Assembly: GCA_030141605.1 (NCBI GenBank)
Contig: JAQGDQ010000172.1
Location: 1 to 64,000, forward strand
Direction: 5' to 3'
From: Tubiluchus corallicola
Lineage: Eukaryota; Animalia; Priapulida
DNA length: 64,000 nt
The notes under the pieces were generated by a model that saw only the letters and a list, made by a program, of their open reading frames with translations, did not search any database and was not told the origin of the DNA. Of the stretch, positions 1 to 12,700 are shown one piece after another (within the stretch, counting starts at the first letter, position 1; each line of letters opens with the position of its first letter). The translations under genes were made by a program, and so were the position numbers.

Positions 1-83
1 TTCTCAGGGAGCAACGTAACTGAACGAAGTACATCATTGAAGTTACGTATTGCTCTATACCCAATTTGCCCAGTGCTACAATT

Positions 84-200
84 TCCCTGTACCAAAAATT
101 ACTAGTAGCAAATTTTCCCGTTACCAAAATTTCTTCATACCAAAATTCAGGGCCGAATTTACCTGTACCAAACTTATTACATGTAGTACCAAACTTACTG
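84..200. repeat. Degenerate ~15-20 bp minisatellite (TACCAAAMTTAC core)
   Basis: About six imperfect TACCAAA copies; explains the spurious ORFs at 50-365. Confidence 0.6.
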
Positions 201-662
201 CGCACCGGGCTGCTACATCAACTTGTTACCTTAACTCACTTGAACCAGTCAGAAAATAGTATTGTTGATTTTATTCACCACCACACCCAACAACAAACAA
301 ACACACAAACCAAAGTCTCTCCCTTTCTCTCTCTTACATTTAATTTACATACATATAAACCTTAATTAATTATAATTTAATATCAATGTTATTATCAATG
401 ATGGTACAAAATCACAATTTGGTTTTAAAATTCTGTTAGTTGCAGGTTTGAACCATCATATTAGTTTTGCGCTTAGCAGTTGTCCTGCCATAGTTCATTT
501 AGCATATTTAACTTTGTAGATACTTTAGGCAAGGGCATTTTACTGTACTGTACTGTGTTCTGTTTGTATAGTGTCCTACTATGTTCTTTGTGTTTTGCAT
601 TGGTATGAAAAAGCATAATCATTGTCTTAGTTGTCTATTTACTTTGTTTGCATGTGTTTCAG

Positions 663-756
663 GGTTTATTAATATTTGAGGTGTGCTGGCCGCTTGCTGT
701 TTTTCTTATCGTCTGGATTATTAGAAGACAAATACCTCCTGTTCCCAAGCCAAATT
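663..756 (+). CDS. ABCA exon N1: TM1 (GLLIFEVCWPLAVFLIVWIIRRQIPPVPKPN)
   Basis: tttcag|...|gtaagt, 94 nt, phase 0-1; resembles ABCA1 LLEVAWPLFIFLILISVR. Confidence 0.95.
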
Positions 757-3700
757 GTAAGTTAATTTTTTATTATTTGGATTTTACTTTTTTCAAAGTA
801 CTTACAATGATAAGCCTAATGACGAAACACTATTAATGGACCTCTGACCTACCGCAACTAGTCCTGTTATACCTTTTTGCCTTTTTTGGTGATAAGGAGC
901 TATACCTGACTACCTGTGAAATAAAGTCATAAGGCCCTATTTTATCTGTGTAACAAGGGTATACATTCTTGTGTTGTTGTCATGGTAACATTTCCTAGGG
1001 ATCTAATAGAAACTGGCTGACATAAACAGTAGCAGTTGCCTTATCTACGTGCAGGAAGTTATAAATTGGTATTCACCGCATCGTCCTGGTCTACACTTCA
1101 TGATAATGATAATGTCACTTTAATAGCCGGTTCAACCATGTTTACCATATTTTTGTTAAGAAGTTTGACGTGCCTTATTTCGCAGCCACTTGTCCATTCT
1201 GTTATAGGCTTCAGCGCTCACTGCCTGAACATAGGATATAGTTTTTTTAACGGTATGGAAACATAGTTTATTAAAAATATAAAATCATATAACGGTTTTG
1301 CACTTTCAAAACTTCCTCAGTGTCTGTCGTGCATTAGTATTGTCTCACTCGTCTACCTAAAATTCAAACTTCTTTTTTTCTCGTCTCACTAGCGGATGTC
1401 TAGTCACAGCATCAGCGAGTCAGGGTCTTCGTCACAAATCGCAATAATCCTCACTAAGTTACTGACGACTAGAGGGAAAGCTTTCGTCCAAGTATAAGCT
1501 TTTTATCACGTTAAATTAGGTCTCTGTGTTTCACACCAGCTGTTCTCGGTCTCCACTAAAAGAGAAAATCTTAATTAATTTGTTACGCATATTTTCGTTT
1601 ATATGCGTAAAAGCTACCTTCTTTATAAAGATAAACACTCATTTTCATGTGCGTATTGTAGACTTAATTTGACATGACGTGCACCGTTCTGCGCCCATCA
1701 CTGTTTAACAATGCGTAGCATTTCGCGAAGTCATAATATCATGTAACGAAAATATGCTTTTGTTGAAGAATAAATTAGAGTAATTAATGTTTCTTCCTGT
1801 TGAAGAATTGCTAGAGCTGCCTCTATGAGTAACACAAATGTCAGAAATCAGTAACACAAGTTTCTGATGCCACTGGATATTGATAAAATAGCCTTAAGGG
1901 AAAACCGGACGATTGTTTAGACTCACTCTCATTTTAATTTTCTGTCCAGAATATACATTGTCTTGCCTATAAAAGTTAGCAATTGTTTTTTATATTTTAA
2001 TAATTAGCTTATAAAGTTGATTAACGGCAACCGAACACAGCTATTGCTTACGTCAGAAACCAGCCACAGTTTGTGCAATGACAGGCATCTTCCCTTGAGC
2101 GGCAAGCACGTTTGTGTAAGTGTTACTACCTAAACGCGTGATTTCACGAAAATGGGCTCTACGTCGTATGACGTCGGAAACTAACACTGCAGTTCATGAT
2201 CATGGTTATCACAGCACCGCCTTGTATTTGCTGGCCACGCGAATGTGACAAAAATGCGCCGTTACCAGTCTTAGCAGAGTCACTGAGCCGCTCACAGCTT
2301 CGAAAGTTTAACAAAATTTGTGTATCCGAGTTAATTATTATTTAATCGAAGCTTTGATTTAAAAAAAGCTATCATAGTTTTCAATATTTTAAAGCATTCT
2401 TTATTCTGAACTAATGTTTACACAATCGTCCGGTTTTCTTTTAAGCCTGTGTCCATAATATCTAATTTATTGGTTTGAAGGTTGAAGCTGTCATCTGTCT
2501 GCAATGGTACTTATCATAGCTCAGCTTTCTAGCGCGCCAAATCTTCATAAGTCATAACTGTTAGTGATATCTATAGTTGTTCATTTTTAAAACTTTTCAA
2601 TGTTTGCATGATTCAGCAGCTCTATACATCTTAATCCCTCCATCACGGCTTTTTTGTTCCCAAATAATCGTTCCCTATTACATTAGAGAAAGTCAAACAT
2701 TCGTTCCAGTTTGGCTTTTGTACGTCTTCAGGCACGTCCGGTTTCACTCGTGAGGCAGCTTTATAATTATTTATGTAGGTCAATGTTAAAAAGCTGCTCG
2801 ACTCATGCTGCCCATTACGCTCTCCGAATTTTGTGTAAAAGTGCACACCAGGTTTTGAAGGCCCACTCGTGTTTGAAATTGCAAAAGAGGAGTGTTTGGC
2901 TAGTTTTAATATACTCAAGTGTTGGAGACGTGCCAATGAGTAATTGACTAAAAACGTGTTAATATCTTTGTACATTTCATACTTAGAACGCCAGTAAGTA
3001 GCCTTGTGGGCATGGCGTGAAAGAGTATAAGTTAGCAAACTTGTTTATGCTCGTGTAAAAATCACGTTCTGGACTAAATATTTTTACACTTAGGCTTGAG
3101 TTTTACACCAGTAATGTGAGTTAGAGCTAGTAGTAGTGAACACAAAATTGCATTGGGCTTCTCACATAAAATTTATATGGAACAACCAAACTTTGGCAAC
3201 TTATGAATGGTACCAGATGGGTAAAGTACTTTATTGCGGCGATCGATGACCTTGAATGGATTATTTTAGGTCAAGTATAAATTCACTCAAAAAAACTGCA
3301 AGGAGTTAGGGCCAAGCATTGTGTAACTTATAGTACAAGCTCTAGAGACAGATAGTAGTTAGGTAATCTGTGATCTTGTTTGGCTGGCTAAACGTCGAAA
3401 GTCAATACACTGTAACACAAAAACTGTAGGCTGTTGGAGAATTTGACTGGCGGACCATATTTTAGTGGGAAGTTGTTGATCTTGATGGGCTATTCAACAT
3501 CAAAAAGCGTTAAAAATGTTGTTTGGTGCTACAGGACCAATTTGTTTGTTGTTTGTATGTTTCTGTTACTATAATGTGCGCGAAAGGATTTGTTATTGTT
3601 GGCACAGATTTCTGAGGTTTTGCGTCACGTAAACACACGTCCGGTTGTTTATGGCTGAATATATTGCTCTGGATAGTAGTTGCTAAACTGCGCTTCGCAT

Positions 3701-6700
3701 AGTGATGCTGGCTTCAGATTCTAATGCTTTTTTCGTTAGCTAGTTTAGTATGCGGAAAAGGGGGCGTATATGTTAGCGAGGTTATTTATATGCCGCACCA
3801 TCAGTTCATCACACACGATGTTATATTATGTCTCAACGGCATTATTAAATTATAGTTTACTGTTCTGTATTAGTGTAAAACCTACTACCCCGTATACGTT
3901 TACATGAATGTCATATATTTGAAAGTTAGGTCTATATGTAACAAGAAGGGTTGTAACACAGTAAAAAAGGGGAGCTAGATATAGATAATGTATAAGAATT
4001 TCGAGAAACTACCTATGACATTGCGTCTTGCAAGCTTAAGCAATAAAAACAAAATTAAGAAAGAAGACAACGACAAAACATTGCCCGAATTATAACAGTA
4101 CTAACTTGAGCAAATTTACCGTATTGAATAGTAATTTATTTATAGCATTCAAACTGTTTTGAGTGCAAACCACACTAATTAATATAACGTAATAGTAACA
4201 CCAAAACCAACAAGTAAATGAATGGTAACAAATGCAAACTTGATCAATCGAAATATCAGTTTTGTCTTCACAAACAGTGTTGGCATTTTAAACAGTCATT
4301 TTTCTCTTAAACGTAAATCCCCTGCGCAAAAGTATATTTTTAAATTTCACAAAACACGAAAGAAACCTTGGCTGGCCACGCATTCTTTGCAATAATTTTT
4401 TTATTTTTTATTGAAAATATTGGCACTGGTTGCACATTTTTATGAAATTTTAGAAGATTTTAAAATTATATTTTTTATAAAATTTTATAAAAATGCTTAC
4501 AGAAAAGGATGCACGCGTGCTCTTGCTGACTGTTGCAAGAAAATACAAGTTAGTGCACTACACGAAGTGTTCTTATAATTATTATTAATTCTTATCAGTT
4601 ATTTACAATTCCCCCTAAACAAGATGATAATACTGTACTATAATAGGACCCAGTGGGTTTGTGAATTGCTACCAAGCATTGTAACCCCGTTGTAGGTCCA
4701 GCAGTTGAACAATTCGCCTATAATCAAGTTAGATAGTTCTGACCTAGTTAAGCTGGTAAAAGAGAAAACTCTCTTATGGCCGCTGGGCTTTTTTCGCACA
4801 ACAATTTCTTTGATTGAAATACAGGTGCTGTGTATTTTACCTGTCCCGGAGGCTTATACCGTAAGTATTTAACGTAGGCCTGTCTGTCAGTTTATAGCAT
4901 TCGTCCAGGATATTGGCGAGATTTAGAAATATTTTTGTTATTGTCAAAATTTTAAATAATGTTGCTTGATTTTTTCTGGAATTGCTCGACTTTTTAATTG
5001 TTTTTTACTTCTATGTCCCGGTTTTGTTTGTTATTTGTTGTTTCTTTTTTCATGTTTTGTTAACGCTTTCGCAAAGATAATAAAACAGTGCAAAATAAAA
5101 TTAGCGTAATGTTTTTCAGCTTCGTCGCTGTTGATTGAGGTCATAGTTCCCAAATACACTGTGCACGATTCGTTGTAGTTGCCATTTATATTGTGTTTCA
5201 GCCAATCGACACTGACGATATTAATTATTAGTATTAGTCCATTTTGGTCTTATTCCCACTATGATTTCCACGCAGTCACGTTTGCGATGTTACCTCGACG
5301 CCGTTAGGAATTTAGGATATTATTAAAAAAGTAAATTTGATTGTAACGTGGTCTATCTTGTTAAGTCAAAATCTTCTTGAGTACAAATGGACCTCGTGAA
5401 GATTTGTGCTACTAGGAATGCCTAAGACTAAAGTAAATACATGCTGCTAAGAATTAACGAAACTAGTTGCAGCCTTACTGAAAAAAAATGTTTTTATAGA
5501 ACCTTAAACTAGTCGACCTAGTTCTAGATTGATCGCTGCTTATTTAATAATAATACTTAATAGTTAGTAAACCTTTCTTTAAACTTTTGTTTCCGAAAAC
5601 GCGGTTGCTTATTTAATCTCGTAGTGAAATTATGTTATTCACTGTTTCTTCTCATTTTTCGTAATAGTATATATAAATGCAGAACTCTGAGTGAAAAAAA
5701 TCTAGTTATTTTACTGTTCGATGGGTTACATACACGTAGTCAGATTACAAAATAATGTGAATTCTTGGTTCAGATATTTTTTATCTCTTTATCCTTACAG
5801 CTGCTTTTGCTTCCATCAAAGTAAGACTTAAGGTGTTCGATATATTGAGCCTATTTTTATCTTGTATCTACAAATCTAAATTGAATTATCTATTTATTTA
5901 GAGCATTTTGATATCATTGTAACTTCTAAATTATTTTATAAACAGGCTACTTCAATGCTACATGCATTGTTATACAAAAACATCACTTAATATGATGCGT
6001 ATGTTTGATAGTTTACTTTCTAAAAAAGACTCTGTAAATTCTTCAGCGTCTTCGTGTGCATCCAGCCATGATCACTGATTATCATTCTTTTGATTTGTTC
6101 AGGTGAATATGATGCAAGGGCTTTACCAAGTGCTGGTGTGTTGCCATTTCTTCAGTCCATGGTATGTTCACTGGACAATGAGTGCAGGTCACCCGATTAT
6201 GAGGCATCAAAATCGCCACCGGTGTAAGAGTTTTTATCAGTTAATTGTTCTTTTCTAATTTGACATCGTTTTTGATTTACAAGTTGCAACTACAGAATAT
6301 ATTCTACATGAATACGCCAATGCCATGTTCAATATGCTGTGAACAGTAATGTCAGTATGTTGTACGTTACGGATGAAATGATTGGGATCCATCTCAAATT
6401 CACTGTTTAAAAAGAGAGCAGGGCTTGTCCATGTTTGAGGAGTTGGTCACAAACGACACGTGGTTAACGTACGACATACATAACTGGTATAATGTCACTA
6501 TGTCGCAGCATTTTGTCGCTGTACAACTGCATATCCTGCTAGGGCACTGCCAGTCTGAATTTCAATAAATTTAACAATAAAACTCGTATAGTATTGTTTG
6601 GTGCTAGGGAACGAGAAAAATAGCGCGGCAACACATGCAGTCTCCTTGCTCGTCAATACCATGAGCGACTCGTTTTATAATGGGTAACGGAATGGTGTAA

Positions 6701-9700
6701 ATCCTGTTAGTTGTGAGTCCTTACTACCAGGGTTGTACCAAATACCAATGGTCGGGTTCGTGAACTATGAACTATGAATTTATTTTCACACATCAAAATA
6801 CAATATCATACACGTTAATAAACTTTAAATAAAATGATTTGAGTAGTAAATGACGTAATAATAGCAATGGTATAAGAGCAATAAACCTGAAAGTTGAGAA
6901 AGGAAAACATAATATGTAATTACGACTTTGAGTGAGCCTTAAAGAGTGAAAAAATTTTTTTTAAATAGTTACGAATATGAATTATGTGATTATCTGTCAA
7001 TGTACCACTTACTTGTATTACAATGCACCATATTGCTTACTTGTATATACAATGATATATATATATATATATATACTCAAATTTAAGTGGGGGAGAAGAG
7101 ATTAAATTATACATTATACTTGTAATAATAACTGTAATTGTATAGAACATTTAAATATAATTGATGGTAGTAATGTAGCCATCATAGCCATTAAAGATTG
7201 GCTATGGTGAGGGAGGGGGGCAAATTATAAGAATATTAGTGATTCATTCGCAATTAATGTTACAATAATACATTCAAAATTTTTCGTATCACTGGTATTA
7301 GCTGGTTATAAGCTAAGAGCATTTTCCTAGTGGAAACAGATATAGGCTGCGATGAATGAATAATTTCATTTTAATTGATTTATACCTTTCATTAAAAAGT
7401 CGTAAAGATACCTATTAGTAAAAGAAAAACATTAGTGCAAAAAGACACACGTGCACAAAAAAGAGAAAGAACCTCTTAGGTATTTCGGATTTCTTAGTCT
7501 CTTGAACGTCCTTAGCTTGGGAACCTACTATAAAAAATATATATATATTTATAGTAGGGTCCCGAGCTAAGGAAGTTCAAGAAGTTCAAGAGTTATATAT
7601 ATATATTGTATGAGGTCGAAGCTAACAACCTTTAACAAAGCGCGTCCCAAGATTAACAGTTTTACTTTTTGGCAGTCACATGTGTTACTAATTATCGGTT
7701 TTCTAATTACTTCAAAATTCTTCGATTTTTCACTTGACTGTTTTGAAGAATTTCGACTACAATCTCGGTGGTAATATCGAACTTTCGTTAACTGGTAGTG
7801 CCGTCAGAGGTACTTTTTTAAGTTTAAGTTTTTTTTTTCTTGTTTAGCGCCCAGCAACTGGTTTCGCGGTTGGCACCCTACATGAATGACCCGGAAATAA
7901 AACATGCATTGGAAAGCGTGCCGGAAACGCTAGACATAATTGACGCAGTGACATTGCCATTTAAAAATAAGAACATCAAAGATTTAATCGGTAAGTGTGG
8001 CAACAGAGCCTTTGCAACAGATGAGGCAAAATGCTAATATAAACTTCTGAGACTTAGTTTTTTGCTATGCAGATTTTAGTAGTGCTAAGGAAATTTTGCT
8101 ATATGACAAAGTCGTGGGCTTCTGAACAAAAATAAGATTCTCCAATGATCAGTGCATTGCAAATGTATAATTAAGAACTTACGTAACAACATTTTTCTTA
8201 TATATATGAACAAACTGTAATGCAAAAGTAATATCTTTTTGACGTTCTTATTCCAATTTTCCTATCGTATAACATGGTATGACCAACTTATTAGACTTCG
8301 CAGACCATATTGGTATGCTTATAACATTTGCTAGTAGTGCACTATTTCTTTTGTATCATTCGTTATAGTTTGATATTAACATAACTCAACTTAAAAAAGG
8401 GACGGAATGTCAATACGATATGTGAAATGTTAGTAAACTTAGTTTTGACATGCAGAAAATGGTCTCACAATTGGAGATCTGTTTAAGAATCAAGAGGAGC
8501 TTGTGCCTTACCTGAGTGAGGAGGAAAATATCTTACCTGAAAATGTGACCAAAACTCTTCTGCAATCTAGGATTAATATGGATGAGGTAAGCGGCTCACT
8601 ACTTTAAGTATTCTGAGTTTGACTGACCAGTTGTAAGGTTGTTTATTGCCCGTAGTGCTTGGTTTACTTGCTGATGAAGGTGATGGTTGGTTAGTCATTC
8701 AGTTGTAAAGCTGGTTTTGCTTACCTGTTTAGTTTACTTGACCAATCATTTCAGCGCTCAAGGATAATGTAAATTGAACTTGATCAGTCATTTCAGCACT
8801 CAAGAATAATGTTCGTCAAGAATTGAACTAGGGGTTACATGCCTGATGAAATTTGCAGTATGAGATCCGAGTATTTTTTGTTGAAAGTTTGTTTCTGATA
8901 GATAGACCTTCAAGAAGTTTAAATATCTGGAACGAAATATATATCTATACATATATATATATGTATAGATATGTAAATTTTTTTACTAAAAATTTCTAAA
9001 AATTTCAGTTAGTTTTAAGGGATGCATAATCCACAACATATTAAAAACTAAATTCATTTTCTTATGCCTTTTTACAGACCTTTTTGAACAGTAACACAAA
9101 TTTTATTTGCCTTTGCTGTTAAGTTTAGCCGCAGTGCGCAATGCACGTGCTACTTTCGTTTTCTTTCTAGGTTGTTGACTTTTCGTGGGTAGTGGTCCTT
9201 TTTGCCTTCTATAATAACGTTTTACAGCATACATCATATTTTTCGTCATCATCACCATAATCATAATCAGCAACAGCATCTGCATTATCGTTATTAGCTG
9301 TCTTAGTGTCTTGTTGTCCTCAATCATCATCATCGTCATCATCACCATCACTATCATCGTTATCACCATCATCACTATCACCAGTGTTATTATTGCAATC
9401 GTCGTCGTTATCTACATCATCTTCGTTGTCATCAAAAATATCATAATTATAACGATCTGTGTTTTTTCAATAACATATTATAAATCTCTTGGTTATTCTT
9501 ATGCTTTATAGCTAAGGTAGCATATGACAGATTGCAGAATGAATTGACAGCTGTTATGTGATTTTGCAAATAATGACACTGTTATTAAATTTTCCTATTT
9601 TCCCAAAAAGTCACGACCGACTGTCCTATTCTTTCATGCTACGAAATGTTTGCACTTATTATTATTAGTGCAGTAAAATGACTTTTGTTAAACTGCGCTA

Positions 9701-12700
9701 GTCGCAATCAGAAATAGAAACATATTGTGAATCGATCAATACTAACAAATCGTTTATAGGACGAATTGTTTACTAGATTGAATGACAATGTTGGCGCAGT
9801 TACATTGCCTTGGACTGTTTCTGCAAACGGCTATGTTGTTACATAGTTAAAACTGACAAAGAGGGGACAATATAGGAATGGGATTCACGTTCAGTTACTT
9901 GTAATTAGCAAATGATCATGGCGTTATGGTAATTAGGGTAGATTGTGAAGCCAATTAACGGAATTTGTTGGCATAAGTGTAATGTGTCTAGGAAAGTTGT
10001 ACGTATTGCTAACATTTATTGATTTTTAATGATGTTTTTGCACTGGGCCGTTTGTTCGACCTTGAATTATGTCTAAAATCTAAGCTAATGCCTCAGGGGT
10101 TACTACACGCCGGTTCACATTAATCTCATCGTGTTTATTTAATAAAGCAAAAAGGCGCGAGTTCGGTGTAATACCTGACTGACAGTGCATGTGCTGTAGC
10201 TAATTCAGTCATCATGATGTTTATTGTTGAGGGCTGTTTTTTTCCCATCATATTTTTCGCTTGAGGGTTGGATGCAGAGTTCCGTCACTCAGTTTTTACT
10301 CTTCATTTGCGCCATGTACAAGCAAATTATAAGCTAATGGTGTTGGTCGTTTGGAAGAACCAACTTCCTACAGTTGAGCATTAATCAATCACAAACTTTT
10401 ACCAATATATGAATATTTGAATCCAGGTAAAAAGTCACAGATAAAAAAGTCGCAAAAAAGTTACAGGAAAAAAGGCAATGAGAAAAACGAATAACCCTAA
10501 CCTTATTCCTAACCCCAACCATACCGCTGTTTGGTGGCTGTTTATTGCCATCACATGTAAGCAGTGAATTTACTGGTGATTTTACTTTTCTTTTAGTTGC
10601 GTTTGCTATTTTTGTTTCATACTGTTTTTGGGCGCTAGCATCTAGGCCTAACGATGTTATCTGTTGGTTGATGGTTTATTGCAGCTTGGGAAATACACTC
10701 TATTAAGTAAAAGCTTGTAATAACCCCTGTCTAACGTCGTTAAGTTTAGGTCATAAGTCATTTGAAGGTTTATATTAAAGGCACACATACAAGATAGCAG
10801 GTATCGTAGTTGTTAGAAAAAAACATCAGTAGCCACCTTAGTTGTGTCTAACAAACCATAAATAAATAAAATTCAAATCATCAAAATGATTTGGTAAAGT
10901 GAATGAAAATCATCAAAATTAGTTACAGCGCGTTTTCTGTCGCGAGTTTTCGTCTGTCAGCGAGCTGCTTTGCGAGTTACTGTCAACAAGAAAGTAGAAT
11001 CTCCAACAGTTGCTACGAGTCGATTTACTGCCTAGTGTGAAAGCTTGGCGAGTTACCGTTGACACTTCTCACAAAAGTGAGTGTCAGCTCGCAATTAACT
11101 GTCGGAAAGTAACTCGCAACTTGGGTTACATGGCAAGATTACAACGCGAGAAAGCTCGCTAGTCTGAACCCACCGTAAGGGAAAACGATTTGGCGCACTA
11201 TATTTTTGAGCATTTATTATTATTTTTTGACTCACGTACTCAATTCCATTTCATTAGAAACTTGTGCTGTATGCATGTTCCCTTTGTTCGCCAATGTTGT
11301 ACCATAGCTGAAATGCATTTTTTGAAGGTGTAGGCTAGCCTAAAAGTAACCACTGATTGACAAATCATCTGAATTTCGATCAGTGGTATTCTCTTGTTTA
11401 CCTGACAATTGGTAATGTCTATTATTTGGGCTCACTGGGTCTGTAAGTTAGTTTTCGATTCCACGAAATCAATGGCTATCAGAAAGGATACTTTTCTTTT
11501 TCAGATGTTTTCCTCCTCAGGTTATGTTGACTTCAAGGGTGTGGCCTGCAACGAGTCAGCTCTTCAAGAGTATCTGATACTGTCGCCAGGGGAAGCAACG
11601 GAAGAAGAAGTGTCCAAGGCCTTGTGTGCATTGGATAGTGATCACATTCCTGTACTTGTGGAGGCAGTGCAACAGCATTTAGATGTGGAAAAAATTTTCG
11701 ATGTTGTTAGTTGATATTCATAATTGGATTTATTTTGAAATTAGGTGGCCTTAACTGTTTCCAATTAGAATAGGAATTACCGTCAAATACACAACAATGC
11801 GAAGCAGCCCAAAGACTGTTCATTTATCTGTAAAACTTTGATTTAAATTTTGCTTTTCAAACATAAAAAAAATTGTTGGTCTTGTACTTGTTAATATAAA
11901 AATTGCATCTAGAGTGTAGCTATGTAAAATCACACCGTAAAGCAGAAATATTGAAAAACTTAACGAAAGATATCAAGGAAATTGAGAAAATAAACTGCAG
12001 CGAAGCAGACATTGGGGTTATAGTCCAACAAAATAATTTTTCAGTGCAAGTTTTTGATTATTACAAGTAGAAATAGTGCTACTGAGCTAGGCAATAATTA
12101 GTTAGTTAAGTGTACCTATCAAACTGCATGTTTCTTCAAAAATTAGTTTTGTTCCAATCAACACATTATAGGATCTTTTCTGCTCATTAATTATTTTCAT
12201 CTTCAGTGCAATTATGTAATGGGCTAATGTGGGTGCCTCTACTCCACTGAGAAGTTTTACGTCCTGTACATAAAGAAACTCTGCAAAGTACCAACAGTAT
12301 AGCTAATCTCTAAGTTTAATTAAACGTAAGAGTGCCCATTGGCTGTTTTTCTATTTTCTTTGCCGGTTGTGAATATGTGATGGAACGTGCAATTTGTCTT
12401 TTAGGTGTCATCGTTTTCAAGTGCAGTTGGCGAGTACGATTTAGCTGTAGCAATGCAGGACATTGGGGCCATGCTGGACATGGCTCGAAACTTTTCATTG
12501 ACCAGCTCGCACTCAAACTTTATTCCATACATCGATGACCTAAACGACTGGACAAAACACTTTCAAATGTTTACGGATAGTTTACAAACCACTAGCGTTG
12601 ATTTCACTTTGTATGTTTGCCCAAATGTTTAGTTACATTTATTATATATATTATAAATAATTAAAAGTGAAGTTTTTCAAATATTATTTTGGTGGCATGC

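Noticed and set aside
50-365. ORFs 50-259 and 66-365
   Set aside because: They are products of a degenerate minisatellite and show no protein signature. The expected ABCA first coding exon (LLWKN-type motif) is not here.
2643-3038. 131-aa minus-strand ORF in the long first intron
   Set aside because: No recognisable motif, splice context or TIR/TSD. It may be TE debris, but I cannot support a call.
9103-9511. Met/Ile-rich hydrophobic ORFs that look like membrane proteins
   Set aside because: Translations of the (ATC)n microsatellite.
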